Shown here piece after piece: positions 16,836 to 27,255 of a stretch of DNA of 64,000 nucleotides. The stretch comes from Capsulimonadales bacterium (GTDB lineage Bacteria; Armatimonadota; Armatimonadia; Armatimonadales; Armatimonadaceae). The notes beneath the pieces are model-generated. The model did no database searches, had not been told where the DNA came from, and was given only the letters and a program-made list of their open reading frames with translations. The translations under genes and the position numbers were made by a program. The stretch lies in assembly GCA_033762295.1 (NCBI GenBank), contig JANRLW010000126.1, positions 1 to 64,000 on the forward strand, given 5' to 3'. The stretch's first letter is position 1. Each line of letters opens with the position of its first letter.

Positions 16836-19800
16836 TGGAGTGATGACCTCTTTACGCGATTCGCGTCACGAGACAGGCGGGAGATGGAGGGCGTCACGGG
16901 GGTGGTCGCCTGGGATTCGGCTTTCGTGACTACCTGTGCCAGCTCCGCGATGGTTCGATGCTGAAACACCTGACGCGGCGTTATTTGAATGCCCGCTTGT
17001 TGTGTTCTGGTCGTGATCCGGAAGATTAGGAGCGAATCCGCGCCCAGATCAAAGATGTTATCATGGATACCGACCTGTTCCAGACGGAGGACATCGGCCC
17101 AGATGCCCGCCAGCGTCTTCTCCGTATCCGTCCCGGGCGCGACATATTTCGACTCCGAACGAACGGAGCTCCAGTCCGGCGCCGGCAATGCTCGTCTGTC
17201 TATTTTACCATTCGGCGTTTGCGGAAGCGAAGAAAGCGAGACAAAAATCGCCGGAACCATGTAATCCGGTAATTTGTTTTCAATAAACCGCCGGAGGGCA
17301 TTGGCGCCTTCGGTTCGATCGGTGACCGCCTCCGTCGGAACGACATAGGCGACCAGCCGTTTCGTTCCCGCCTCCTCTCGCGCCACCACGACCGCGTCCC
17401 GAACGTCCGCGTGCTCCCGGATCGCGTTCTCGATCTCTCCGAGTTCGATCCGGAAACCCCGGACCTTGACCTGATTATCGATACGGCCGAGGAAGTCCAG
17501 GTAGCCGTTCGGGAGGTACCGGGCCAGGTCGCCCGTCCGGTACATCCGGGCGTCCGGTGTCGCCGCGAAGGGGTCCGGGACGAATTTTTCGGCGGTCAGT
17601 TCCGGGCGGTTCAGATAGCCTCGCGCCAGTCCGTCTCCTCCGATGCATAGCTCGCCGGCGACCCCGACCGGGACCGGCTGACCCTGTTCATCCAGGATAT
17701 AAAACTGCGTATTGGCGATCGGTGGGCCGACCGGAACCGAGCCGGAGTCCGAGGTCACCCGGGAGGCGGCCGACCAGATGGTCGTCTCGGTCGGACCGTA
17801 CATGTTCCAGAGTTCCGGGCTGCGTCGAAGCAGCGTCTCCGCCAGGTCGCGGGGCAGGGCCTCGCCGCCACAGAGCATCTTGAAATCGGGGGCGGGTTTC
17901 CAGTCGGCCTCGGTCAAAAGCCGCCAGGTCGCCGGCGTCGCCTGCAGCACGGTGGCACGCTTCTCCTCCATATGTTTCGCCAGCGCGAAGCCGTCGGAGG
18001 CGACTTCCCGGCTCACCACCACCACCTGCGCGCCGACCATCAGCGGAAGCCATAACTCCAGCCCGGCGATGTCGAAGGACAGCGTGGTGACGGCGGCCAG
18101 AACGTCATCCTGGCTCAGCCCCGGTTTCTCCTTCATCGAGAAGAGGAAGTTGACCAGCGCACGGTGTTCGATCTGCACGCCCTTGGGCTTCCCGGTCGAA
18201 CCGGACGTGTAGAGGACGTAGGCCAGGTTTTCCGCCGTGGCGACGGGGGACGGGTTCTCCGCGCTTTCCAGGGCGATATCCGCATGGTCGAGGGAAAGGT
18301 TGACGATTTTCGCCTGATGGACCGGCAGGCTGTCGAGCAGGCCGCGCTCGGTGATCACAACCGGCATCCGGGCGTCCTCGACCATGAAGGCGAGTCGATC
18401 CTCAGGGAAGGACGGATCGAGCGGGACGTAGGCAGCTCCGGCTTTCAGGATACCGAGAGCGCTGATCACCATGTCGGCGGATCGTTCCACGCAAAGTCCG
18501 ATCAGCGTCTCCGGTCCCGCGCCCCGTTTCCGCAGGTAATGGGCCAGCTGGTTGGCGCGGGCATGGACCTCGGCATAGGTGAGAGTCCGATCCTGGAAGA
18601 CCAGCGCGGTTCGATCGGGGGTACGCGCCGCCTGTTCCTCCAGCAGCCGGGGAAGCGTCGCATCCTTCGGATAGTCGGCCCCGGTCGCGTTCCACTCGAC
18701 CAGGAGGCGATGACGGTCCGTTTCCGACAGCAGAGGCAGGGCGGAGAGGGACGCGTTCCAGTCCGCCATGATGCCGCGCAGGAGGGTTTCGTAGTGGAAC
18801 ATCCAGCGGCGCACCGTCTCACGGTCGTATAGATCGGTGTTGAAGTCCATCTCGAGGCGCAGTTCGGTCTCGGTGCGGACCATATTGAGGAAGAGGTCCA
18901 AATTGACGAACGCCTTCGGGTTGGTGCGGACCTTCGTCTCCAGGCCACGGAAGACCAGACCGTCCATGCCCGCCCGGTCGATGTTGAACATGACGGACAG
19001 AAGCGGGATGCGCGAACTGTTGCGCGGAAGGTCCAGCGTCCGAATCAGGGTTCCGTAGGTGTAGTTCTGGTGATCGTAGGCGTCGAGGACCTCGTTTTTG
19101 ACCCCGGCGGCCAGTTCGGCGAAGGTCGCTCCGGGCTTCAGGCGAGTCCGGACCGGGAGGAAGTTCAGACAGTGTCCGACCAGATCGGAACTGCCGACCA
19201 TGGATTGTCCCGCCGCCGGAATACCGACCACGATATCGTCCTGATGGGTCAGTCGATTCAGCAGAAGGACGAATCCGCTCAGGAGCAGAGTGAACAGGGT
19301 CGTGCCGCGCTGTCCGCTGAACCGATTGAGGTCCTGAAGCAGCTGGCCGTCGAAGATCACGCGTTCCATCGAGCCGTTATAGGATTTGAACGGCGGCCGG
19401 GGACGGTCGGTCGGCAGTTCGAGGTCGGGCACCGGTTCGGCGTAGACGCCTTTCCAGTACGCCGCCGCCGCCGCCACCTCCTCGCCGGACCGGTCCTGCT
19501 CCTGGAGCAGGGCATATTCGGCGAACTGCATCGCCGGGGGAAAATCCGCCGGGTCTCCGCCGACCGCCTCCGAGTAGAGCGCGCCGAGTTCGGTCAGCAG
19601 GACTCCGAAGGCGAAGCCGTCGCAAACGATATGGTGGGCGGTCAGCACGACGGTGTGTTCGGTCGCAGATTCGCGGAGCAGCATGGCCCGGAAGACGGGG
19701 CCGTTGAGCAGGTCGAACGGGGTGGCGGCGTCCTGAGCGATGCACTCCTCGATCCGTTCCGCGCGTCCGCCGGGAGTCAGGTCCGACAGGTCGATGACCG

Positions 19801-22800
19801 GAATCTCGATTTTGAGTTCGCGCCGGAACTTCTGGAATTCGCCGTCGTCCGTGAAGGTCGACCGCAGGGCGTCGTGCCGTTCGATCAGGCCATGGATCGC
19901 CTGGCGCATCGCCTCGATGTCCATCGTGCCGCGCAGGGTGACCGAGACCGACTCGTTGTAGGCACAGGAGGCATCATCGCCCATCCGGGCCGAGAACCAG
20001 ATCTCTTTCTGGGCTTCGGTCGTCGGCGATTGGGCGATATAAACCGGTCGGGGCGAGGGAACCGTCGGTGCGGGCGACTCGGCGACCGTCGTCGCTGCCG
20101 GAACCTCGGACCCGCCGGGCAGAAGGCCGACCGACTGCAGGTCGGCGAGGCTGTCCTCGAACACTCGTACGGCCGCCGTCAGTTCCTCTTCGGTATGGAC
20201 GGTCGTCAGGTAGATCGGGAATCCTTCCAGAAGGTAGAGGCCCCGTTCGCGCATCAGGTAGTAGAGGAGACCGAGATACTTCAGGTCATGGTCGTAGGTC
20301 AGGTGGAGGACCGATCCGAAGTGATGCGCGGAGATCGGTACCTGACGTCGCTCGAAGCAGGCGTTCAGATCGGCGACGAACCGTGCCGCTTTCGCGTTCA
20401 GCTTCTCCTGCAGAGCGGGCCCTTCCGTCTTCAGATGGGTAAGAACGGCGTGGGTGGCGGCGACGGCCTGCGGATGGCGCATGAACGTACCGGCATGGAA
20501 GGTCATTCCTACCTCGGGGAACGAGTCGTCGCCGTAGTTCCAGGCCCCGCCGTCCAGGGCGTCCAGGAAGGTGCGGCTACCGGCCAGAATTCCGACCGGG
20601 TACTCCCCGCCGATGACTTTTCCGTAGGTGGCGATATCGGCGCGGATGCCGAACACGGCCTGCACGCCGCCGGGATGCACCCGGAAACCGGTGACGATCT
20701 CGTCGAAGATCAGGGCCGTCCCGGACTTTTCGGTAATCCGGCGCACCTCGGCGACGAATTCGCGCGGCTGCAGTTCCGGTCGGCGGCTCTGCACGGTCTC
20801 GACCAGAACGGCGGCCAGGTCGTCTGCGTTGTCCCGGATGTAGGCGAGAGCCTCCTCGGTGCCGTATTCCAGGACCACCATGTTATCGACCGACGACTGT
20901 GGGATGCCGGGGGCGAGCGGTTTGGCGCCCGGCCGGCCGTCGATCAGGCCCGGTCGGACCAGAACCTCATCGAAGGTGCCGTGGTATCCGCCCGCGAAAA
21001 CCACGACCTTGTCCCGTCCGGTCACCGTCCGGGAGATGCGGAGGGCGGCCATGACGGCTTCCGAACCGGTGTTGCAGAAGCAGGCGCGCTCCATGCCGGT
21101 CAGTTCGCAGACCAGTTTCGCGACCTCTCCGGCAAGGGTCGTCTGCGGGCCGATCGGCACTCCCTTGCGGATCTGCGCCTCGACGGCGCGGGTGATGAAC
21201 TCCGGCGAGTGGCCGAACATCGTGACGCCGAACCCATTGACGAAATCGACGTACTCGTTGCCGTCGACATCCGTCAGGCGGGAGCCCGCGGCCCGATCGA
21301 AGACCAGCGGATAGACCATGTCCTTCCACTGCTGGCGGAAACCGGCGACGGTGCGCGGATCGGCCAGGTATGGGCGGTGAAGGGCGGTTTGCCGTTTGGA
21401 TTCCGGTGTCTTCGCGACATAGCGTTTGACCAGCGCATCGACGAAGGCCACTTGTCGGGCATCCAGTTCACCGACCGCACCCCGGTTCACGGGGCGGAAT
21501 CGACCGATCACCGCCGCCGGTTTCACTTCCGTCGGGGCGTTCGCGGTGGCCCCGGCCACCGTCGACGTCTCGGAGACGCTCGGTTGCGCCGCGACCGGAA
21601 CGGAGGCCGCCAGCGGAACGGGGGCCGCGAACGGAACGACCGGCGCGGGAACGATCGCGCCGGTTTGAAGCGCCTGAAGCTGCATCGCCATCAACTGGGA
21701 CATCGCCTGAAGCTGCTGCTGGGCGATACGCTCCAGAGCGCTCGCTCCTTCGGGAGAAACGGTTCCGGGAACGGCGAAGGAGGGAAACGCCACCGGTGCG
21801 GAGACGACGGACGGTTGCGGCGCGGAGATCGGGTTCGGCGTCACGGGGTTCGCCATGACCGGGGCGGCGACGGCAGGAGCGGGCGTCGGCGCGGCAGGTA
21901 CCGGGGGGACGGTCGGCGAGGCGACCGACGGAGGGGGCACGGTCGGCGAAGGAGCGTCCGGCGGAAGCGTCCGGTCGAGATGGTCCGCGAGCGCCGCGAG
22001 CGACGACAGGTCGCCCATCAGCTGGCGGAACGTGACCCGGACCTTGAACTCCTTCTGCAACAGTTGACCGGCCTGCGTCAGGAAAAGAGAATCGAACCCG
22101 AGTTCGACGAATCCGGCGGTCGGATCGGCTCCCTCCAGCGACATTCCGGATGCCTGCTGGAATAGCTCGATCAGCCGGTTCCGGAGTCGTACCGTTCGAT
22201 CGGATGGCCTCGTGGGTTCGACCGTCGTGGCGACGGACCCGTTGGCGGAAACTGTCATTGCGCTGGTGCCCCTTTCCTGGTTCTCATTCATCACGTCCAC
22301 CGTGAAACATGCCTCTCCTGCCTTGACGGCAATCTTTTGATCGGTCGCCGGACTTTCGGAATGTACCGGTTCGACCCAGAATCTTTTCCTTTCAAACGGA
22401 TACGTCGGCAACGGCACCCGGCGACGTCGCCAGGGCGCATGGAATGCCTGCCAGTCGACGGTGACGCCCAGCATCGCCGCCTGACCGAGAGCGAACAGCA
22501 GAGAATCGAGTTCCGGCTTTTCGCTCTCCAGGGAGGTCAGTATCCGACCCTTCGCGGATTTGTCGGTCTGCTGGCGGATCAGCCCGCTCAGCGACCCGCC
22601 CGGACCGACCTCGATAAAAACGAATCCCGGTTCGGACCGCAGGGTGCGAACCCCCTCCTCGAATCGGACCGCTTCCCGAAGGTGTCGGCCCCAGTAGGTC
22701 GGATCGGTCGCCTCCTCGGAACGAATCCGGTCGCCGCTCAGGTTCGAGATGAAGGGAATGGTCGGCGCGTGACGCGGCGTTGCTGCTACCCGTTCGATGT

Positions 22801-25042
22801 ACGGGCCGACGATCGGGTCCATCATTCCGGAGTGGAAGGCATGGGAGGTCGGGAGTCGGCGCGCCGCCACCCGCCTTTCGGATAAAACCGCTTCCAGGGC
22901 CTCGATCGCCTCGAACGGTCCGGCGACGACACAGAGCGACGGGCCATTGATCGCCGCGATCGATAGCGAATCGTTCAGGAGGGATTCCACCTCGGCGGCG
23001 GGGAGGCGAACGGCCAGCATCGCGCCGGCCTCGACGCTCCGCATCAGGCGGGCACGCTCGGAAAGCAACGCCAGCGTGTCCTCCAGCGAGAAGACCCCTG
23101 CGAGACAGGCCGCCGTATACTCTCCCAGGCTGTGGCCGATCATCGCGGCGGGACGGATTCCCCAGTGCATCCAGAGGGTCGCCAGCGCATATTCGATGAC
23201 AAACAGGGCCGGCTGAGTGACCGTGGTGCGGAGAAGGGTGTTTTCGGCTTCCTCCCGGTTGTCCGGCGTCGGATAGAGGATCGTTCGCAGGTCGACGCCG
23301 AGGTGCGGGAGAAGAATTTCGCAGCACCGGTCGACGGCATCCCGGAAGACCGGCTCGCTCTCGTACAGCCCCCGTCCCATGTCGATCTGCTGGGTTCCCT
23401 GGCCCGGAAAGACGAAAACAACGCCGGGTTCCTGTCGATCCCGGACGGAAGTGACGGTCGTTTTCGCGTTGCCGGAGGTCAGTTTTTCGATGGCCTCCTC
23501 GACTGAGTGACAGACGGTCATCCGCTGATGCTCGAAGGACTGTCGGCCCACCTGCAGGGTGAAGGCGACGTCGGCGAGCGAGATACCGGGCGTGTTCCGC
23601 AGGTGGTCGGCCAGATTCGCCGTCATGGCGTCGAGCGCCGTCGGGGTTTTCGCCGAAAGCAGGAGCAGTTGCGCGGACCGGGCCGGTTCGGGCGGCGGCG
23701 GCAGGGGCGCTTCCTCCATCACGACATGGGCGTTGGTACCGCCGACGCCGAACGAACTGACGCCGGCACGGCGCGGCGTCGGACCGTCCGGCCAGGGCAT
23801 GCGGCGCGTATTGACGTAGAACGGGCTGCCCGCAAAATCGATACGCGGATTCGGCGATTCGAAGTGCAGGCTCGGCGGCAGTTCCCGGTCGCGCAGCGCG
23901 AACGCGGTCCGGATGACGCCCGCGACCCCGGCGGCGACATCGAGATGGCCGATATTGGTCTTCGCCGACCCCAGGGCGCAGAAGCCGGTACGGTCGGTCG
24001 ACATGCGGAACGCTTTGGTCAGCCCGGCGACCTCGATCGGATCACCGAGGGGCGTCCCGGTGCCGTGCGCCTCCACATAGGAGAGGGAGTCGGCCTCCAC
24101 GCCGGCCATCCCGAGGGCGGTGGCGATCACCTCCGCCTGTCCGTCGACGCTCGGCGCCATGTAGCTGACCTTGGCGGAACCGTCATTGTTGATGGCATAC
24201 CCGCGGATTACCGCGAGAATCGTGTCTCCATCCTCGACCGCCTCCGCGAACCGCTTCAGGGTGACGACGCCGACGCCCTCTCCGAAAACCGTTCCGTTCG
24301 CCGCCGCATCGAACGCGCGGATCTTCCCGTCCGGGGAGATCATCCCCCCTTCCTGCGACAGATAACCGCGCCGCTGCGGAAACGAGATCGAAACGCCGCC
24401 GGCCAGGGCGAGATCGCACTGGTAGTTGAGAAGGCTCTGGCACGCCTGGGCGATGGCGACCAGTGAGGTTGAGCAGGCCGTCTGAACGTTGACGCTCGGA
24501 CCGCGAAGATTCAGTTTATAGGCGACCCGGGACGGGAGAAAATCCTTGTCGTTCCCGAGGAGCGTATGGAAGGAGCCGACCTGATAGGACTGGGTCAGTT
24601 CCTCGATGATCTTCCGGTTGGCGCAGAGGTTCGACAGCAGGTAGGTGTTCAGGCTCAGTCCGGCGTAGACGCCGACCTGTCCGGCAATCCGTTCGGGGGC
24701 GTACCCGGCATGTTCGAGGGCTTCCCAGGCGCATTCGAGGAAAACCCGGTGCTGCGGGTCCATCTGTTCGGCCTCGCGCGGCGCGTACCCGAAGAAAGCG
24801 GCGTCGAACAGGTCGGCGTTGTCCAGGATCGGCCGGGCGCGCACATAGTCGGGGTTTTCGATCAGGTCGATATGGATGCCGGCGGCCCGGAGTTCGTCGA
24901 CCGTGAAGGTGGTCAGGGAATGGATTCCCTCCCGCAGATTGTGGCGGAAGGTCTCGATGTCGGGTGCGCCGGGGAAGCGTCCGGCCATCCCGATGATCGC
25001 GATTCCGTCCAGCGATAGTTCCGTATCCGGAGTGTCCATCAT
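16832..25042 (-). CDS. Hybrid PKS-NRPS: KS-AT-ACP-aminotransferase(class III)-C-A(Gly)-PCP
   Basis: KS TACSTS/EAHGTGT/NIGHL; AT GHSLG and HAFHS (malonyl-type); ACP GFDSL; AMT DEIVTGFR...TYGKVIGG; C HHIVCDG; A YTSGSTGKPKG; PCP GADSL. Confidence 0.95.
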   Translation of the reverse strand: MMDTPDTELSLDGIAIIGMAGRFPGAPDIETFRHNLREGIHSLTTFTVDELRAAGIHIDLIENPDYVRARPILDNADLFDAAFFGYAPREAEQMDPQHRVFLECAWEALEHAGYAPERIAGQVGVYAGLSLNTYLLSNLCANRKIIEELTQSYQVGSFHTLLGNDKDFLPSRVAYKLNLRGPSVNVQTACSTSLVAIAQACQSLLNYQCDLALAGGVSISFPQRRGYLSQEGGMISPDGKIRAFDAAANGTVFGEGVGVVTLKRFAEAVEDGDTILAVIRGYAINNDGSAKVSYMAPSVDGQAEVIATALGMAGVEADSLSYVEAHGTGTPLGDPIEVAGLTKAFRMSTDRTGFCALGSAKTNIGHLDVAAGVAGVIRTAFALRDRELPPSLHFESPNPRIDFAGSPFYVNTRRMPWPDGPTPRRAGVSSFGVGGTNAHVVMEEAPLPPPPEPARSAQLLLLSAKTPTALDAMTANLADHLRNTPGISLADVAFTLQVGRQSFEHQRMTVCHSVEEAIEKLTSGNAKTTVTSVRDRQEPGVVFVFPGQGTQQIDMGRGLYESEPVFRDAVDRCCEILLPHLGVDLRTILYPTPDNREEAENTLLRTTVTQPALFVIEYALATLWMHWGIRPAAMIGHSLGEYTAACLAGVFSLEDTLALLSERARLMRSVEAGAMLAVRLPAAEVESLLNDSLSIAAINGPSLCVVAGPFEAIEALEAVLSERRVAARRLPTSHAFHSGMMDPIVGPYIERVAATPRHAPTIPFISNLSGDRIRSEEATDPTYWGRHLREAVRFEEGVRTLRSEPGFVFIEVGPGGSLSGLIRQQTDKSAKGRILTSLESEKPELDSLLFALGQAAMLGVTVDWQAFHAPWRRRRVPLPTYPFERKRFWVEPVHSESPATDQKIAVKAGEACFTVDVMNENQERGTSAMTVSANGSVATTVEPTRPSDRTVRLRNRLIELFQQASGMSLEGADPTAGFVELGFDSLFLTQAGQLLQKEFKVRVTFRQLMGDLSSLAALADHLDRTLPPDAPSPTVPPPSVASPTVPPVPAAPTPAPAVAAPVMANPVTPNPISAPQPSVVSAPVAFPSFAVPGTVSPEGASALERIAQQQLQAMSQLMAMQLQALQTGAIVPAPVVPFAAPVPLAASVPVAAQPSVSETSTVAGATANAPTEVKPAAVIGRFRPVNRGAVGELDARQVAFVDALVKRYVAKTPESKRQTALHRPYLADPRTVAGFRQQWKDMVYPLVFDRAAGSRLTDVDGNEYVDFVNGFGVTMFGHSPEFITRAVEAQIRKGVPIGPQTTLAGEVAKLVCELTGMERACFCNTGSEAVMAALRISRTVTGRDKVVVFAGGYHGTFDEVLVRPGLIDGRPGAKPLAPGIPQSSVDNMVVLEYGTEEALAYIRDNADDLAAVLVETVQSRRPELQPREFVAEVRRITEKSGTALIFDEIVTGFRVHPGGVQAVFGIRADIATYGKVIGGEYPVGILAGSRTFLDALDGGAWNYGDDSFPEVGMTFHAGTFMRHPQAVAATHAVLTHLKTEGPALQEKLNAKAARFVADLNACFERRQVPISAHHFGSVLHLTYDHDLKYLGLLYYLMRERGLYLLEGFPIYLTTVHTEEELTAAVRVFEDSLADLQSVGLLPGGSEVPAATTVAESPAPTVPSPRPVYIAQSPTTEAQKEIWFSARMGDDASCAYNESVSVTLRGTMDIEAMRQAIHGLIERHDALRSTFTDDGEFQKFRRELKIEIPVIDLSDLTPGGRAERIEECIAQDAATPFDLLNGPVFRAMLLRESATEHTVVLTAHHIVCDGFAFGVLLTELGALYSEAVGGDPADFPPAMQFAEYALLQEQDRSGEEVAAAAAYWKGVYAEPVPDLELPTDRPRPPFKSYNGSMERVIFDGQLLQDLNRFSGQRGTTLFTLLLSGFVLLLNRLTHQDDIVVGIPAAGQSMVGSSDLVGHCLNFLPVRTRLKPGATFAELAAGVKNEVLDAYDHQNYTYGTLIRTLDLPRNSSRIPLLSVMFNIDRAGMDGLVFRGLETKVRTNPKAFVNLDLFLNMVRTETELRLEMDFNTDLYDRETVRRWMFHYETLLRGIMADWNASLSALPLLSETDRHRLLVEWNATGADYPKDATLPRLLEEQAARTPDRTALVFQDRTLTYAEVHARANQLAHYLRKRGAGPETLIGLCVERSADMVISALGILKAGAAYVPLDPSFPEDRLAFMVEDARMPVVITERGLLDSLPVHQAKIVNLSLDHADIALESAENPSPVATAENLAYVLYTSGSTGKPKGVQIEHRALVNFLFSMKEKPGLSQDDVLAAVTTLSFDIAGLELWLPLMVGAQVVVVSREVASDGFALAKHMEEKRATVLQATPATWRLLTEADWKPAPDFKMLCGGEALPRDLAETLLRRSPELWNMYGPTETTIWSAASRVTSDSGSVPVGPPIANTQFYILDEQGQPVPVGVAGELCIGGDGLARGYLNRPELTAEKFVPDPFAATPDARMYRTGDLARYLPNGYLDFLGRIDNQVKVRGFRIELGEIENAIREHADVRDAVVVAREEAGTKRLVAYVVPTEAVTDRTEGANALRRFIENKLPDYMVPAIFVSLSSLPQTPNGKIDRRALPAPDWSSVRSESKYVAPGTDTEKTLAGIWADVLRLEQVGIHDNIFDLGADSLLIFRITTRTQQAGIQITPRQVFQHRTIAELAQVVTKAESQATTPVTPSISRLSRDANRVKRSSLQ

Positions 25043-25138
25043 ATCGTTTATTGCCTCATAAACCCTGGGAACGAAGCGTCCCCGCTTCGTTCGAAACGCA
25101 CAGAAAACGCGGCGTCGGTGCGATGACCGGGCGACCGG

Positions 25139-27130
25139 TTACCGGCTGCCGGGACGCTGTTGTCGGGCGAGAGCGGCTCGTTGCAGTCGCGCCCGTTCCG
25201 CCGCCGAGGCCGGAGCCGACCCGGTGGCGGGCGACGGCGGGACGGCCTTTCGTTCCAACCTCCGGGCCAGGGCGCGTATGCTCGTGCATTCGAACATGAC
25301 CGTGATCGGTAGGGTCGGGTCCAACCGCTGTCGCAGGCGGGCGTGGACCTGGACGATATTGATGGAGTTTCCTCCGATATCGAAAAAGTTGGCATTCCGA
25401 TCCGGGTCCGGAATGCGAAGAATGTCGCGCCACGCCTCGACGATCACCCGTTCGGTTTCACTGGCAAGGTTCATGCCGGAAGGCGTGTTCGGCGGTGCGG
25501 ATTGCGCCACCGGCAGCGGCAGTTCGGAAAGGGCGCGGCGATCGACCTTGCCGTTGGGCGTCAACGGCAGATTCGGAAGGGCGATCCAGTGGGCCGGAAT
25601 CATATGGTCGGGAAGCCGCTGGCGCAGAAAGTCCTTCAGGACGCCGATGAGGGCGGTCGGCTCCGGCGCGCCGTCTCGACGAACGAAGTAGGCGGCCAGA
25701 CTGCGTTCCTCGTCCGGTTTGCCCTTGGCGACAATCGCCGCATCGCGAATGTCGAAGTGCTGTTGCAGGACGGCTTCGATCTCCCCCATTTCGATCCGGA
25801 AGCCGCGAATCTTCACCTGGTGATCGACACGGTCGATAAAGTAGTAGTTACCGTCGGATCTCCGCTGGACCAGGTCGCCGGTCCGGTACATCCGGGCGTT
25901 CGGTTCCGTGGTGAACGGGCAGGGGAGAAACCGTTCGGCGTTCAGTTCCGGGCGTTTGAGGTACCCCCCACCCACGCCGACGCCGGCCACCCAGAGTTCG
26001 CCGTTGACGCCCTCGGGCACGGGCTGCCGCGCCTCGTCCAGGACGAACAGTTCCGCGCCGGGGATCGCTTTGCCGATCGGGACGGGGTTTTCCAGGTAGG
26101 GAGCGACGCTCTCGATCCGATGGAACGCCGCGATATCGGTGCATTCGGTCGGGCCGTAGGTATTGACGATGACGGCCCGGTAGGTCTCCGATTCCATCCA
26201 GTCCCGCAGACGCGGAACGGAGATCGGTTCTCCGCCCAGAAAAACGCAGCGCAGGGACGAGACCGCGCGCAACTCCTCGGCCGACACCTCCTGAACGAGA
26301 GGGTAGAAGGCGCTCGGAGTGCAGTTCAGCAGGGAGATTCCGGCGTGGCGGATCTGTTCGCGGATCGCGACGGCGTCGTAGCGGGTAAAGGCGGGAAGAT
26401 GCAGCTCTCCGCCGACAATCAAGGCGGCGTAAAGGTTCTTCTGGGTCAGGTCGAAACTGAAGGAGGAGATCAGCAGGGAGCGGTCGGCGGCGGTGATTTC
26501 GAACTCGTCGACGTACCAGCGCATCAGGTTGGAAAACCCCCGGTGGTAGACGACGGCCCCTTTCGGGCGTCCGGTCGAACCCGAGGTAAAGATCACATAG
26601 ATGGGGTCATCGTCGGTGGCGATCGGCTCCAGGTCGATTTCGTCCTCGGGCGCGGTCTCTTCCATGGCCGCTTCCAGGGTCAGGGCGACGGTCCTGCCGT
26701 GACCGGGAAGGGCGAGGTGGGCGAGAAGGCTCTCCTGCGCCAGAAGGAAGCGGATTTCGGCGTCCTCGAGCATGAAGGCGAGGCGTTCGCGCGGGTAGGA
26801 GGCGTCCAGCGGAACATACGCTCCGCCCGCCTTGAGAATGGCGAGGAGTCCGACCATCAGGGCCGGCGACGGTTCGCAGTGCAGTCCGACGAGGACACCC
26901 GGTCCGACCCCCTGCCGTCGCAACTGGCGGGCGAGTCGGTTCGCGCGGGCGTTCAGTTCCCGGTAGGTGAGGGTGACGCGGGGTCCGACGACGGCGGCGC
27001 GGTCCGGCGTAAGGCGGACCTGGGCTTCGAACCGCTGCCAGATACGGGGTTCGTTACGATCGCCGTTCGTTCCGGTCAGGTCCGCGGTCAAACTTTCCTC
27101 CCGCATTGCCGATCGGTTGCTGGTTACCAT
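25139..27130 (-). CDS. NRPS loading protein A-PCP
   Basis: FTSGSTGRPKG, NTYGPTE, YRTGDL, PNGK; PCP FFDIGGNSI. Confidence 0.93.
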   Translation of the reverse strand: MVTSNRSAMREESLTADLTGTNGDRNEPRIWQRFEAQVRLTPDRAAVVGPRVTLTYRELNARANRLARQLRRQGVGPGVLVGLHCEPSPALMVGLLAILKAGGAYVPLDASYPRERLAFMLEDAEIRFLLAQESLLAHLALPGHGRTVALTLEAAMEETAPEDEIDLEPIATDDDPIYVIFTSGSTGRPKGAVVYHRGFSNLMRWYVDEFEITAADRSLLISSFSFDLTQKNLYAALIVGGELHLPAFTRYDAVAIREQIRHAGISLLNCTPSAFYPLVQEVSAEELRAVSSLRCVFLGGEPISVPRLRDWMESETYRAVIVNTYGPTECTDIAAFHRIESVAPYLENPVPIGKAIPGAELFVLDEARQPVPEGVNGELWVAGVGVGGGYLKRPELNAERFLPCPFTTEPNARMYRTGDLVQRRSDGNYYFIDRVDHQVKIRGFRIEMGEIEAVLQQHFDIRDAAIVAKGKPDEERSLAAYFVRRDGAPEPTALIGVLKDFLRQRLPDHMIPAHWIALPNLPLTPNGKVDRRALSELPLPVAQSAPPNTPSGMNLASETERVIVEAWRDILRIPDPDRNANFFDIGGNSINIVQVHARLRQRLDPTLPITVMFECTSIRALARRLERKAVPPSPATGSAPASAAERARLQRAALARQQRPGSR

Positions 27131-27225
27131 GAGACTTCCTGTTCCTCGCTCGTTACGTTTGTGGGGCTTCGGCCGGGGCCGCCCAATTAATGTAGAACTA
27201 TTTTAGTGTAACTAACTATCACGTT

Positions 27226-27255
27226 GTTATAGCACTCCGGCGTGTCGAACGGCAA
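27226..27255 (-). promoter_or_regulatory. Putative promoter of the NRPS/PKS operon in an AT-rich divergent intergenic region
   Basis: TTGCCG-N18-TATAAC with extended TG on the minus strand. Confidence 0.4.

Noticed and set aside
21480..21970. Pro/Ala-rich and Gln-rich stretch within the PKS-NRPS
   Set aside because: Reads as an ordinary ACP-to-aminotransferase linker; the frame is intact and it is not a separate element
19070..22165. 1031-aa plus-strand ORF, and similar long antisense ORFs (13968-15536, 25343-27190, 42776-45016, 45088-47358, 47782-49662, 54969-56849)
   Set aside because: They are shadow frames opposite well-supported genes in high-GC DNA and show no recognisable motifs
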